Below, piece after piece: positions 1-9,389 of a DNA stretch of 55,913 nucleotides; position 1 is the stretch's first letter; each line of letters opens with the position of its first letter. The stretch is taken from IMG/VR virus record IMGVR_UViG_3300017751_000001; one strand, written 5' to 3'. Source of the stretch: a virus. Both the position numbers and the translations under genes were made by a program. The notes under the pieces were generated by a model. It saw only the letters and a program-made list of their open reading frames with translations, made no database searches and was not told where the DNA came from.

Positions 1-1531
1 GAAGAGTTCCATTCACCAAAACTACAACTTTATTACTCAGTCTCTTTTCGCTTCTAGAAGCATCATATTCAATAATTTTAATCTCACCAGTTATCTCAGT
101 ATTGTCATTGGAGAGAACAATTTTTTCACCAATAAAGAAGACAACATCATCAAAAAGATTAATTCTGAAGGTATTGATGTTGAGTTGGTCAACAGAACTA
201 ATATTATGAATTGTTGGGATATTATAGATCCAACTATTAAACTGAGAGTCTTCTCCCTTATCCAAACCAAAAGTAGATAGTTTTAAGCTATCACCAACTA
301 CCATATTGGCAGTATCACTTACGTCAATGTTATCAATGACATTAACGATTCTTAGTTGTACCTGAGATGTTTGTCCAAATCCAGCATAAGAAAAAGCTAG
401 TTTATCTTCAAAAATTTCTGCACCAAATACCAAGTCAGTGGAAATACCGCTGACACCTAAAAATTGATTAATTGTTTTATCTGTATATGATATTTCAATA
501 AAGTTTGAATCTACTGTAGGTTTGATTAAAAGCGATCCCTCTCTATCAAATCCAATAGTAGAGTCAACCAGAATATTATCCGAGAACTGAGGAATACCTT
601 GTAGTGTTTTTGTTTTACCAGGAACTTGATAACTTCCAGAGAATGAAGATGCGTCTAGAGAGATTTCATAGAAATCTTTTTTATCAATAGGTCTATATTC
701 TACATTATAAATCGAAGCACTTACTGTTCCAATACCAGTCACATTCTGGAACAGGAAGTTACCTACAGTTCGTAGGGGATCTCCATCAAAAAGATTTTCT
801 ACAAGAATATTCTTAGTCTTGAAATAAACATTGGCAGAAGAAGTAATAGTATCATCAATTGGTTTGATGAGCTCAATTTCTTCACCATACAATAGTTTAA
901 AGAGAATTTGATATGATGCATCAGTTCCCTTTGCCGAGTAAAAATCCTTAGCTCTAGTAAGGGTATTTTGGACAGAGGTGCCTTCAACAAAAGATCTGTT
1001 TTCAAACCCAGGTAAAAATTCTTTCTTAAACTTGGCAAAGAATTCTTGTAGGAATAAATTACTTAAATTATATACTAACGACCCAGCACTATGTTCATCA
1101 GCTTCGGAGATGGAGAAATCTAAAAATTCAGAATTAACGTCCTGCTGAATTTTACTAATTCCACTAAAACCTCTACTACACTCTAAGAACTGAGTTTCAG
1201 TCTTGGACTTGTATGTAATAATTTCATTATCAATTTTAATAAGTCCGTACTGATCAGGCCATCCTGCAGTTGACTGAACTGTAATTGTATCGTCCGCAGA
1301 AAAAATATCTAAAAGAAGAACATTATATGGTATTAAACTCTCATTGTTAAATGCGGTAATCTGCCTATACTCTGGCAAATTAACAGCAAGATCTGTAACA
1401 CCAGATTGATGTTCTTGGGAAATGTAGTACTGTTCTAAAAACTCAGTAAAAAGAGGAGACTCTTGATTCAAAAATGAAGGAATCTGAGACTCAATTAATT
1501 GAGAGATCTTAACTTTGTTTTGTTCAGGCAT
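1..1531 (-). CDS. gp7: Baseplate wedge protein gp7-like, N-terminal part (runs off window start)
   Basis: ATG at 1531 (MPEQNKVKISQLIESQIPSFLNQESPLFTEFLEQYY...), directly downstream of gp6; missed by the ORF track because it is truncated. Confidence 0.75.
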   Translation of the reverse strand, partial: MPEQNKVKISQLIESQIPSFLNQESPLFTEFLEQYYISQEHQSGVTDLAVNLPEYRQITAFNNESLIPYNVLLLDIFSADDTITVQSTAGWPDQYGLIKIDNEIITYKSKTETQFLECSRGFSGISKIQQDVNSEFLDFSISEADEHSAGSLVYNLSNLFLQEFFAKFKKEFLPGFENRSFVEGTSVQNTLTRAKDFYSAKGTDASYQILFKLLYGEEIELIKPIDDTITSSANVYFKTKNILVENLFDGDPLRTVGNFLFQNVTGIGTVSASIYNVEYRPIDKKDFYEISLDASSFSGSYQVPGKTKTLQGIPQFSDNILVDSTIGFDREGSLLIKPTVDSNFIEISYTDKTINQFLGVSGISTDLVFGAEIFEDKLAFSYAGFGQTSQVQLRIVNVIDNIDVSDTANMVVGDSLKLSTFGLDKGEDSQFNSWIYNIPTIHNISSVDQLNINTFRINLFDDVVFFIGEKIVLSNDNTEITGEIKIIEYDASRSEKRLSNKVVVLVNGTL

Positions 1532-1532
1532 T

Positions 1533-3404
1533 TTACGATCTGATATATCCTTCGTCGGAATAGCTGGAAGTCACGACATATGAAGTAGCGGAAGTATTCT
1601 CACCAGAAGAAACAACATCAACGAGAGCAGTTACCTCACTATTTGCAACGTCATATTGCAAATAGATGTCCTTCAAAGCAATGATATCATTGGACTCGGG
1701 AATTGCCTCTATTTGAACTGTTCCATTATTCAAAGAAGTTCCTGATATATTTACCACATCCAAAAGAACCTCTCCTTCATCATATTTAACTGTTCCAGCA
1801 TTATTCTTAACAATGACTGGTTCGTTATTTTCTAATTTAAAGAATACGATTCTTCCTCTAGTAGAAGTACTCGGGATATCAGCAAGGTAAAGAGTTCCAC
1901 CAATGCCATCTACAGTAAATCCAGTCGATCGTACAGAGTACCCTTTAGAATTTACAAAGAAAGCATTACCAAAACACAATTCATACGTTGCAAATAGTCC
2001 AGGTTCTGGAATCAAATCTCTTCTAATCTTAACCTTAGTAATATTAGAGGTAACTCCATTATCAGTATCATCAATAAGAGCAACAATTTTACTGTACTTA
2101 AATCTTCCACCAAAACTGTTTATGTCATCCGACTTGGAATACGCAGTGAGAGTATTGAAAATTTTAGTTCTTAGTGTAGAAGGATCAAAAACAGAGTTAG
2201 TATTATAATAAACTGCTGAATTAGTCTCTACGTACAAGTATTTCAGATCTACAATTTCTGGTTTGATACCTGCAATAGAATACTGTTTTAGTTCTCTTGA
2301 AATTTGATCTTTGGTTATCTGTGATAGGAAAGAACCATTTCTCGGTTTAACAGATATGAATACTTTACCAAACTCAGGCGGATCCAACTCCTCCCCCCCG
2401 TAGGAGGTCACAGATTCAACGTTAGGGTATATGAAGGGGATTATACCCTTGTAGTCATTTGCCGTCACTGCACGGTACTGTGCCGCGTATATACGAGGTG
2501 CAAGATATTTGATGGAATCTATACTTTCAACATTATCTCCACTAGAAGATTTCTGCTGAGTAGTAATCAATGAGATGCCATCTGTTATAGTTGAGATGGT
2601 ATCGTCCTTAAGAATACCAGTAAAGGTGAAATTAGAAGCATTATTACCATTACTGCCGTTGGTAACGATATAACTTACAGTAATTTTAGCACCAGCTGGT
2701 GGTTTTTTACCTAAAATTCCGTCGCCAAATAGAATTTCGTATTTTTCGTCTTCAATTTCCTGAATAAGGAACAATCTGGATGTAGAATCGACTCTCAGAA
2801 TGTTATCGTATAGTTGATAAATCTCATTTGTTGTAGATTCTACCTGAATACGAATTGAAGACGTATCAACATTAGCATTTGGAATAATATATCGTTGATT
2901 TGGAACAGAATAATCTACTGTAAAAGTTTTTGTGAGGTAAACTCCCTCAAAAATGTTCAAATTATCGAAAAATGCAATATTATTGTTGTCTACAGTAGTA
3001 ACAAAGTCGTCGGGAATTGAAAAAATGTATTGTCCATTTACCTGAGACCCTAATGCAACCGTTCCCGCCTTCAAAGTTACGATTCTAGTGTCATTTGAAC
3101 CCAAATCAACAGAGAAGTTGATGACTGCACGGGAAGATCTACTTGATCTAGGTACATATCCAATGTTTCTCGACAGTGCAACAACATTTTCTCTAAGAGT
3201 AGCACTGTCAAGGAAGCATTCATTGACCGCCATATTGGTATTATATGACGTAATGTAAGAATTATACGCAAGAAGGTCAATTAAGACTGAAAAATTGGAT
3301 CCTTCAAAGTCGAAATCAGTAAAATTACTGTTCGCACGAAGATAATCCTTAATTTGTACCTTAAGGCTATCAAAATCTAGGTTTGTAAATTGATTAAATG
3401 ACAT
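1533..3404 (-). CDS. gp6: Baseplate wedge subunit gp6
   Basis: LDFDSLK...DFDFEGS...LAYN...FLDSATLRENVV, FGDGILGKKP, QYRAVTANDY motifs of T4 gp6; synteny with gp25. Confidence 0.95.
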   Translation of the reverse strand: MSFNQFTNLDFDSLKVQIKDYLRANSNFTDFDFEGSNFSVLIDLLAYNSYITSYNTNMAVNECFLDSATLRENVVALSRNIGYVPRSSRSSRAVINFSVDLGSNDTRIVTLKAGTVALGSQVNGQYIFSIPDDFVTTVDNNNIAFFDNLNIFEGVYLTKTFTVDYSVPNQRYIIPNANVDTSSIRIQVESTTNEIYQLYDNILRVDSTSRLFLIQEIEDEKYEILFGDGILGKKPPAGAKITVSYIVTNGSNGNNASNFTFTGILKDDTISTITDGISLITTQQKSSSGDNVESIDSIKYLAPRIYAAQYRAVTANDYKGIIPFIYPNVESVTSYGGEELDPPEFGKVFISVKPRNGSFLSQITKDQISRELKQYSIAGIKPEIVDLKYLYVETNSAVYYNTNSVFDPSTLRTKIFNTLTAYSKSDDINSFGGRFKYSKIVALIDDTDNGVTSNITKVKIRRDLIPEPGLFATYELCFGNAFFVNSKGYSVRSTGFTVDGIGGTLYLADIPSTSTRGRIVFFKLENNEPVIVKNNAGTVKYDEGEVLLDVVNISGTSLNNGTVQIEAIPESNDIIALKDIYLQYDVANSEVTALVDVVSSGENTSATSYVVTSSYSDEGYIRS

Positions 3405-3820
3405 TATGTCCTAGTAGATTGTAGGATAAAATCGATATCTTGCACTGGTAAGGGCAATCCAATGACGGTATATGTTAAATGAACGTTCATATCATTGGAA
3501 TCTGGGGGATGATATACTCTAGCCTCCACATTAGCTATCCTTTCCTCAAAGTTTTCGAGTAAATACTGAATTTCTTCTTCCATTCCAGAAGCAAGATCAT
3601 CTGTTGGTTGCTCAAATAAGGAATTTTCAATTGTAGAACCAATTAAATTTTGAAAGAATCGTTCACCAATATTAGTTCTAACTAAATTGGTTACAGATCT
3701 TTTAATTGCATCTGCATCATTAAACGATCCTAGGTCATTTGTAACAGGATGTGGTACAAATGACAAACTAATATCCTTAAAAGTTCTGGATACTCGTTGT
3801 TTACTGATGGATCTAGCCAT
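3404..3820 (-). CDS. gp25: Baseplate wedge subunit gp25
   Basis: FKDISLSF..HPVTNDL, AIKRSVTNLVRTNIGERFF, LFE, FEERI motifs (gp25/GPW family). Confidence 0.93.
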   Translation of the reverse strand: MARSISKQRVSRTFKDISLSFVPHPVTNDLGSFNDADAIKRSVTNLVRTNIGERFFQNLIGSTIENSLFEQPTDDLASGMEEEIQYLLENFEERIANVEARVYHPPDSNDMNVHLTYTVIGLPLPVQDIDFILQSTRT

Positions 3821-3846
3821 TATTCTAGAGTTTATATCTCCGCCTT

Positions 3847-4503
3847 TTATTTATTATCCTTTTCTTCAGGTGTTTCCCAGAAATATTCATCAGTATCACC
3901 CAATCTACCCCAATCAATACCGTTTTCTACCTGATAGTACTCCGTAGAGACCTTAAAGTCGGGTATTTTTGGCTCTTGGGGGGTTAGACTAATGTCAAAG
4001 ATACGACATCTGTTGTTCGGGTACAGCGCAAACTGTCCATTTTCCAATTCAAGTACATTAAATGACTTATGTTCCTGTGGAATTTCACTTACAGAGTAAT
4101 CAATTACATCAGGATCACCATGATAATTGTCTAGAGTACAAATATATGTACCCATAAGGTTACCAAAGTGTCTAGTTCGGACTTGCCAGTCCATAGATGC
4201 TACAAATTGTTTGCATACATTGATTATTCCATAGTCCATGCAATTCCAAAACTGCAAATTAGGCAGATCTAAATCAGGATCAGGTGTCTTTGGTTCGGAA
4301 ACAAATGCACTGATGGGCAATTTATCAAACATTGCACCATATTCAGGCAAATAAGTTTCAAAATAAAAAGAACGTCCAGGTATCGACTTAGCCGACACCC
4401 AGACGCCTTCAATAAATTCACCATGTCCGTCTTGCAAGTCTCTTAGATACTCTTTACGGACCCACACTTTTTGTGCGGGTAGATTAACAACTAGTGAACT
4501 CAT
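3847..4503 (-). CDS. Conserved cyanophage hypothetical protein
   Basis: 218-aa ORF in operon; typical codon usage. Confidence 0.8.
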   Translation of the reverse strand: MSSLVVNLPAQKVWVRKEYLRDLQDGHGEFIEGVWVSAKSIPGRSFYFETYLPEYGAMFDKLPISAFVSEPKTPDPDLDLPNLQFWNCMDYGIINVCKQFVASMDWQVRTRHFGNLMGTYICTLDNYHGDPDVIDYSVSEIPQEHKSFNVLELENGQFALYPNNRCRIFDISLTPQEPKIPDFKVSTEYYQVENGIDWGRLGDTDEYFWETPEEKDNK

Positions 4504-4508
4504 ATACT

Positions 4509-4664
4509 TTACCCAGAAGCTAGAGGAGAATTTGGATTAGTTTCGTTTCTAGACTCTTTTGCTTTCTTTCTTGCTTGAGCAGCAACATCATATCCAAACT
4601 GTTGAGCACCTTCAGTTGCAGCTGCTTCTGCATTAGGTGAGTTTCTTGGATCAGAATCAGCCAT
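4509..4664 (-). CDS. Small hypothetical protein (51 aa)
   Basis: Hand translation MADSDPRNSPNAEAAATEG...PLASG*; start overlaps upstream stop (TAATG). Confidence 0.6.
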   Translation of the reverse strand: MADSDPRNSPNAEAAATEGAQQFGYDVAAQARKKAKESRNETNPNSPLASG

Positions 4665-4810
4665 TACCTTCCTTGTCCCCGATAGCGTTTACGTTTGTTG
4701 TTTGCAGATGTAGCGGCATACTTAGTATTTTGTCCACTACCTTGACGTGTTTTCTTAGGTTGAGATTCGATGAAAGCCGAACCCTCCTTAGACATTTTTC
4801 TTACAGCCAT
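4664..4810 (-). CDS. Small basic protein (48 aa)
   Basis: MAVRKMSKEG...KKTRQGSGQNTKYAATSANNKRKRYRGQGR*; CTAAATA late-type motif immediately upstream. Confidence 0.7.
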   Translation of the reverse strand: MAVRKMSKEGSAFIESQPKKTRQGSGQNTKYAATSANNKRKRYRGQGR

Positions 4811-4869
4811 TATTTAGTAATACTTAGAGGTTTTTAGAGAGACGGCACAGAGAAACGCGCCGCCAGGAT

Positions 4870-5025
4870 TTATTCAGGTGTTGCTTGGAGTCTTTGGGGA
4901 GAGACTCCCTCACTTATATAATGTTCAAGTCTCTCTTTAGCTTGTTCCTTAGTTAGGTGTTGATCTAGAACAGGATTGTTGATACCCCACCCATCAGTAC
5001 CCAACTCCATAACTTTATATTGCAT
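4870..5025 (-). CDS. Small hypothetical protein (51 aa)
   Basis: MQYKVMELGTDGWG...LTKEQAKERLEHYISEGVSPQRLQATPE*; coupled to upstream stop (TGATG). Confidence 0.65.
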   Translation of the reverse strand: MQYKVMELGTDGWGINNPVLDQHLTKEQAKERLEHYISEGVSPQRLQATPE

Positions 5026-5777
5026 CAGATAACTCGGGTCTTTTCATGTCCAACACGGATACCTGGATCACACCAGATTTCATAACCAGCTTCCTTAGCG
5101 TCAAGACAGAAGGAAACATCTTCACCACACATATCCTGAACATCTCCAGAATCAAAGACTTGCATCTTAGGAGCGAACCAGGGATACTCAAGACTCTCGA
5201 AGACTCCTTTCTTAATCAGTACCCATCCGAAACCTGTGTAGTCAACGGTGAAAGGCTTACGACGACGAGAGATTGATTCACCAGTTTCGTGATTCATCAC
5301 ACCGCCATTCTTAGCGAAGTCCTCTTCTTCAAGCCAGTGTGCAACAGAAGTGGTCTTACCATCTTCAGTCATATACCAACCAGCTGCGATGTCCTTCTTC
5401 ATCCACACAAGACGGTAGAACTTCTCAACATCAAAAACGATGTCCGAGTCGATCCACAGTTGATAATCATATTCCAGTTTCCCATCCCAGGGAATCTGTT
5501 TGGGTCCACGGAGAACGTTAGCACCGAGTACTTTGCATCGTGCAAAGTTAACCATGGAAGAGTAGTCCTGTGCAATCTGAATACTTGCACCTGTTTGAAC
5601 TAGATCAAAGCATAGTTGAACAAATGCTTTGAGAAAAATATACGAGACGCCGCGTCCTGGAAGACAAAAGACAATGCTTTTGCCCTTTACCATTTCTTTA
5701 GCAGCTGCGAGGTCAAAATCATCTTCTACTTTCTTTGGAGTAGGAGCTTTTGCTTTTACAGTAAATCCTTTAGCCAT
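5025..5777 (-). CDS. Glycosyltransferase-like protein (GT-A fold)
   Basis: WIDSDIVF DxD motif, TGFGWVLI, GEDVSFC, GHEK. Confidence 0.75.
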   Translation of the reverse strand: MAKGFTVKAKAPTPKKVEDDFDLAAAKEMVKGKSIVFCLPGRGVSYIFLKAFVQLCFDLVQTGASIQIAQDYSSMVNFARCKVLGANVLRGPKQIPWDGKLEYDYQLWIDSDIVFDVEKFYRLVWMKKDIAAGWYMTEDGKTTSVAHWLEEEDFAKNGGVMNHETGESISRRRKPFTVDYTGFGWVLIKKGVFESLEYPWFAPKMQVFDSGDVQDMCGEDVSFCLDAKEAGYEIWCDPGIRVGHEKTRVI

Positions 5778-5800
5778 AACTTAGAATGTTTTACAAAATT

Positions 5801-5829
5801 ATTCTACCACAGCAACCCAATCATTGCAA
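5801..5829 (-). promoter_or_regulatory. sigma70-type promoter
   Basis: TTGCAA-N17-TAGAAT upstream of the glycosyltransferase-like gene. Confidence 0.6.
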
Positions 5830-5839
5830 TGGTCACGGT

Positions 5840-6007
5840 TTATTTAGAGGTATCAATCTTAACGATTTTCAACATCTCATTGCGGAGGTCATCATCTTTA
5901 TACCAATCAAAATACTCTCTGACGAATACAAGCTTATGCTCCAAATCTTCTTCTCGGCATTCATGAATAATCATGTCTTCACCGACAAATACATTATAAA
6001 CATTCAT
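5840..6007 (-). CDS. Hypothetical protein
   Basis: ORF track; ATG start chosen at MNVYNVF. Confidence 0.55.
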   Translation of the reverse strand: MNVYNVFVGEDMIIHECREEDLEHKLVFVREYFDWYKDDDLRNEMLKIVKIDTSK

Positions 6008-6143
6008 CTTCAAAAGTGGCAAGTAGTTCTTCTAGATCAGAGCGTACATCAGGTAAAAAATGTAATTGACTGTCCTCCTCTAGTCTATACGAAAGTGTCT
6101 CAATTATCAAGTCTAGATGATAAGGTTCCAGTTCTACATTCAT
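5994..6143 (-). CDS. Small acidic hypothetical protein (49 aa)
   Basis: MNVELEPYHLDLIIETLSYRLEEDSQ...EDECL*. Confidence 0.55.
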   Translation of the reverse strand: MNVELEPYHLDLIIETLSYRLEEDSQLHFLPDVRSDLEELLATFEDECL

Positions 6144-6184
6144 GCTTATATTAACAATGTTAACCTATCTATACATTTAATATT

Positions 6185-6856
6185 TTAAGAAGCAACATTG
6201 TCTAATACTTGATAACTATCCAATGATACGTTACCTGCAACACATACGCGATACTCACCGTCGAACGCCGCGCCGCTGGTGGTATGATGTGGATACACCA
6301 TATGACTAATCTGACTTGGGAAGAATATCATACGACCTTCCATACCTCTATCAAGTCTCCAATTCTTCTTCAACATAATACCTGTAGTTGATGGATAGAT
6401 TAACTGGAAGTCCCCTGCATAAGGTCTGAACGCTTCGTTGTCCTTCTGTTCATCTCTATAGTCATATGGAATGTTTAACCACACTGCAAAGGACCACAGA
6501 GCGCTGTGATCATGTATTGAGAGATACTCTCCTGGCTTGCTACATCTCACCCAACACCGACTTACACTAATTCCATGCATCTGTGAGGTACACATCAGAG
6601 TGTGCTTACCATACTTCTCGGCATACGTGTTGATGCAAGGACCGAGACACTCTCCCATAAACTTCTCATACGTCTCTTCAGACCACTCGAAGTCCCACTG
6701 AGGTACTTCCGTTCCCTTGACAATTTTATGTCCGTCAAATTCCCACCCCTCGGGAGCTTGTCGAATCAGATCATTGTAGAGACAATCAATCTGTTCCTGG
6801 GTGAGTTGTGCTTCAATAATACCGAAGTTTGGTAGATCAATAACTTGCATCTTCAC
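6185..6856 (-). CDS. 2OG-Fe(II) oxygenase-like protein
   Basis: HDH...IFFPSQISHMVYP...RVCVAGN facial-triad pattern. Confidence 0.8.
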   Translation of the reverse strand: MKMQVIDLPNFGIIEAQLTQEQIDCLYNDLIRQAPEGWEFDGHKIVKGTEVPQWDFEWSEETYEKFMGECLGPCINTYAEKYGKHTLMCTSQMHGISVSRCWVRCSKPGEYLSIHDHSALWSFAVWLNIPYDYRDEQKDNEAFRPYAGDFQLIYPSTTGIMLKKNWRLDRGMEGRMIFFPSQISHMVYPHHTTSGAAFDGEYRVCVAGNVSLDSYQVLDNVAS

Positions 6857-7034
6857 AGGCGCCTGGATCAGGTGGTAATACTTCGATTTCTACTTTGCTT
6901 ATATCAATCTCTTTATTCTCTAACTTGGTTTCGAGTTCATCCACTGTTAGACAATAATTGAGTACTCTCGTTTGTCCCTCAGTAGTCTTCTCATATACAT
7001 GAAAGAGCATCTCGTTAATATTGTAAGTTGGCAT
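6837..7034 (-). CDS. Hypothetical protein
   Basis: 65-aa ORF with AAGGA SD. Confidence 0.65.
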   Translation of the reverse strand: MPTYNINEMLFHVYEKTTEGQTRVLNYCLTVDELETKLENKEIDISKVEIEVLPPDPGACEDASY

Positions 7035-7233
7035 AATTCCTTGACTATCTCCTTATCTATGCTCGACCTTACAGGACTTTTTTATACCTGAAAAATTTTT
7101 TAAATGAACTCGTAATCACTCTCTCGATTTTGGTTCGTTGTAGGTTAGGGTAGTTAGCTATTATTAAAACACCCCCCATCGGAACATAACATAACACATA
7201 ACAACCGCAAAAACCCTGCTATTTGCTACTGAT

Positions 7234-7262
7234 ATCCTACCAGACTTGAGAGGGAATGTCAA
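7234..7262 (-). promoter_or_regulatory. sigma70-type promoter
   Basis: TTGACA-N17-TAGGAT; -35 lies in the loop of an inverted repeat GAGGGAGTG/CATTCCCTC. Confidence 0.7.
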
Positions 7263-7283
7263 GCACTCCCTCTTGAATGTGTA

Positions 7284-7481
7284 TCAGATATGTGAAGCCA
7301 TCTTAGTGTTAATCTTACCTCGGTTAGTGTTAGTACGGAGACCCTTTGTTTGTGTCATAACAAGCAAATCCTTCCGAGGACGTTGAGTCTTAAGCACGGT
7401 GTACTTTACCTCACCACGAGCATCAGCAATCAAAAGATCTCCACGGGATGCAGTAGCAACGTTGAGTGTAGTCTGAGTCAT
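7284..7481 (-). CDS. Hypothetical basic protein (65 aa)
   Basis: Start moved to MTQTTLNV, downstream of the motif promoter at 7510-7567. Confidence 0.6.
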   Translation of the reverse strand: MTQTTLNVATASRGDLLIADARGEVKYTVLKTQRPRKDLLVMTQTKGLRTNTNRGKINTKMASHI

Positions 7482-7509
7482 TTGTGAAGCAAATCTCTTT
7501 GACTCTCTT

Positions 7510-7567
7510 AATATACACGATCTAGACTGCTCATGGGAGAATAGTGGACAGTTCACGTAGTGTATAC
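7510..7567 (-). promoter_or_regulatory. Two-box motif promoter, copy 1
   Basis: GTATACA-N10-TGTCCAC-N28-TATATT-AAGAGAGTC. Confidence 0.7.
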
Positions 7568-7638
7568 AGAACGACTCATAGTGACTGAAAGTATGGTAGC
7601 TATAAGCTAAGCACTGCCCTTTGAACCCTTACAGAGTT

Positions 7639-7667
7639 AGTATAACGAATGCTCCAAGGATTGTCAA
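7639..7667 (-). promoter_or_regulatory. sigma70-type promoter
   Basis: TTGACA-N17-TATACT. Confidence 0.75.
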
Positions 7668-7724
7668 GTAATTTGCTACCATCAGAATCCCTTATAAGGG
7701 GTCCATAAGTGTGCCTCGGAGGTC

Positions 7725-7753
7725 TTGACATTTTCTGGGATTCATGATAGCCT
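7725..7753 (+). promoter_or_regulatory. Plus-strand sigma70-type promoter with no downstream gene
   Basis: TTGACA-N17-TAGCCT with extended -10 TGn. Confidence 0.5.
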
Positions 7754-7852
7754 GCGGTCCAAGATCACTACTCTAAGGACCATTTAAAACCGCATACATC
7801 TACGAGAGATACAACACGCAACTACATTTAATTAGCCATTTAATTAATAGCA

Positions 7853-7893
7853 TAAAAAGAACCTTCGGAGATACTCTGAAGCATATCCGAAGG
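7853..7893 (-). terminator. Intrinsic terminator candidate
   Basis: CCTTCGGA...TCCGAAGG stem followed by TTCTTTTT. Confidence 0.55.
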
Positions 7894-7915
7894 CACTTTA
7901 CGGTGTATTCGAGCA

Positions 7916-8032
7916 CTAATCGCTGTCGTATTCTACCTCGATTGCGTACTCATAATCATACTCATCTTTATTATCTTCTCTATACCTTTCCTCTTCTGAT
8001 TCGATCAGCATTGCATACTCTTCCTCATCCAT
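7916..8032 (-). CDS. Hyperacidic small protein (38 aa)
   Basis: MDEEEYAMLIESEEERYREDNKDEYDYEYAIEVEYDSD*; AAGGAG SD. Confidence 0.55.
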   Translation of the reverse strand: MDEEEYAMLIESEEERYREDNKDEYDYEYAIEVEYDSD

Positions 8033-8231
8033 TCTTCTTCTCCTTTCGCTTACCTTTCTTAGTGTTATATGTACCGAGGTTTTCTACATATAATTCTCTT
8101 ACCTTTTCATCACCTTTTAACTGTATAAGTTCTTTCCAGTTCCAATCTCTAGGATGAACACAGTTAGTATCATCTACGGTGAAATCGATAGTAACGCGAT
8201 AGCGTGTGAGTTGAGTGTTAGTGAGAAGCAT
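8025..8231 (-). CDS. Hypothetical protein
   Basis: Start at MLLTNTQL, downstream of promoter 8257-8285. Confidence 0.65.
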   Translation of the reverse strand: MLLTNTQLTRYRVTIDFTVDDTNCVHPRDWNWKELIQLKGDEKVRELYVENLGTYNTKKGKRKEKKNG

Positions 8232-8256
8232 TGTAGAGTGAGAAGTAGACCATACT

Positions 8257-8285
8257 ATTTTATATGAGAAGATATCAATTGTCAA
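8257..8285 (-). promoter_or_regulatory. sigma70-type promoter
   Basis: TTGACA-N17-TAAAAT. Confidence 0.7.
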
Positions 8286-8409
8286 TCTTTTGCATCTCTT
8301 CGTCCCTATAATACTTTACGATTTCTTGATATAAACGATCTTGTGATTTGATTGATAATTGTCCATAATAGTTAAACACTTGTCGAGTTGACGATGTTTC
8401 TTTTTTCAC
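8275..8409 (-). CDS. Small hypothetical protein (44 aa)
   Basis: GTG start overlapping upstream stop; fills the gap. Confidence 0.4.
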   Translation of the reverse strand: MKKETSSTRQVFNYYGQLSIKSQDRLYQEIVKYYRDEEMQKIDN

Positions 8410-8933
8410 GGCAATACAAGATAATTAAGATTTAAGATAATACGAGTTTGAGCATCAGTGCATGTATATCCATGATGACTAATACTACCATCAAAGATAA
8501 CAATACGATTCGCTTCACTCTTCACAATCTTCCCCGTTTCAAACTTAGTAAACCCATCATTTGTATTCAGGTAAAAGATTGCAGTTTTGTGAATATCACC
8601 AGGGATATCACGATCCCTATGAAATGTGCCAATAGGGCGATTATCATCTTGTCTCCAGTTCAAATTCACTTTTGAACTTACGATAAGCACATCAGAACCA
8701 GCATGAACATTTTCAATCTGAGGCATTATGACGCCAAAGAATATGTCAGTCCATTCGGCGTTACCTTCATTCGCACGATATAAAGTATGAGTGAATTGAC
8801 CAGTTGTTTTCTCTTCATCAGGACGAGTAATGCGCTGATTAAAGAACCAAGGAAAATCACCAGATTCGACAAGTGTATTCAGTTTAGAAAAATCTTCCGA
8901 ATCTAGAAAATCATCATAGACCTTAATACTCAT
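8406..8933 (-). CDS. 2OG-Fe(II) oxygenase-like protein
   Basis: FHRD...AIFYLNTNDG...NRIVIFDG..HHG...RIILNLNY. Confidence 0.75.
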   Translation of the reverse strand: MSIKVYDDFLDSEDFSKLNTLVESGDFPWFFNQRITRPDEEKTTGQFTHTLYRANEGNAEWTDIFFGVIMPQIENVHAGSDVLIVSSKVNLNWRQDDNRPIGTFHRDRDIPGDIHKTAIFYLNTNDGFTKFETGKIVKSEANRIVIFDGSISHHGYTCTDAQTRIILNLNYLVLP

Positions 8934-9106
8934 GGATAGTAATAATGCGACGGAGGATCTTCACCAGGGAAATGTGAATACGACTTCTGAAAGAATGGCA
9001 AAACACCTATCACTGAATTCGACCAAACATAAGTGCCATTTGAGAAACGAACAACATAATGTTTCTCTCTCGTTTTAACATCAGAAGCAGAGACTATAGT
9101 TGTCAT
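8930..9106 (-). CDS. Hypothetical protein (58 aa)
   Basis: MTTIVSASDVKTREKHYVVRF...; ATGA overlaps at both ends. Confidence 0.55.
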   Translation of the reverse strand: MTTIVSASDVKTREKHYVVRFSNGTYVWSNSVIGVLPFFQKSYSHFPGEDPPSHYYYP

Positions 9107-9366
9107 TTACCGACTCCCATTCCCATCTGTGGCGTGTTAACTTCTAACTCACTAATCACCTCTTGTTTAGGTAACAAACTATCGAGAACTTCCTGATCAT
9201 AAAGATTCAGAATCTCACCGATAAGTTCATCTTGTCCACATGTAGAATATTCTTTCATCATCATATCAAACATGCAACCGAGAAGCGAATCCATGTCCAT
9301 ATCATCAATGATCATAGTACAATAATCAGAACGCAATGTGTCAAGTTGTGATTCGTTAAGTTTCAT
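9103..9366 (-). CDS. Hypothetical acidic protein
   Basis: ORF track; resembles 11926-12099. Confidence 0.7.
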   Translation of the reverse strand: MKLNESQLDTLRSDYCTMIIDDMDMDSLLGCMFDMMMKEYSTCGQDELIGEILNLYDQEVLDSLLPKQEVISELEVNTPQMGMGVGK

Positions 9367-9389
9367 TGAATTAGAAGAATAAAGGTGAA

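Noticed and set aside
799-1038. 79-aa ORF
   Set aside because: Out-of-frame within the truncated gp7-like gene
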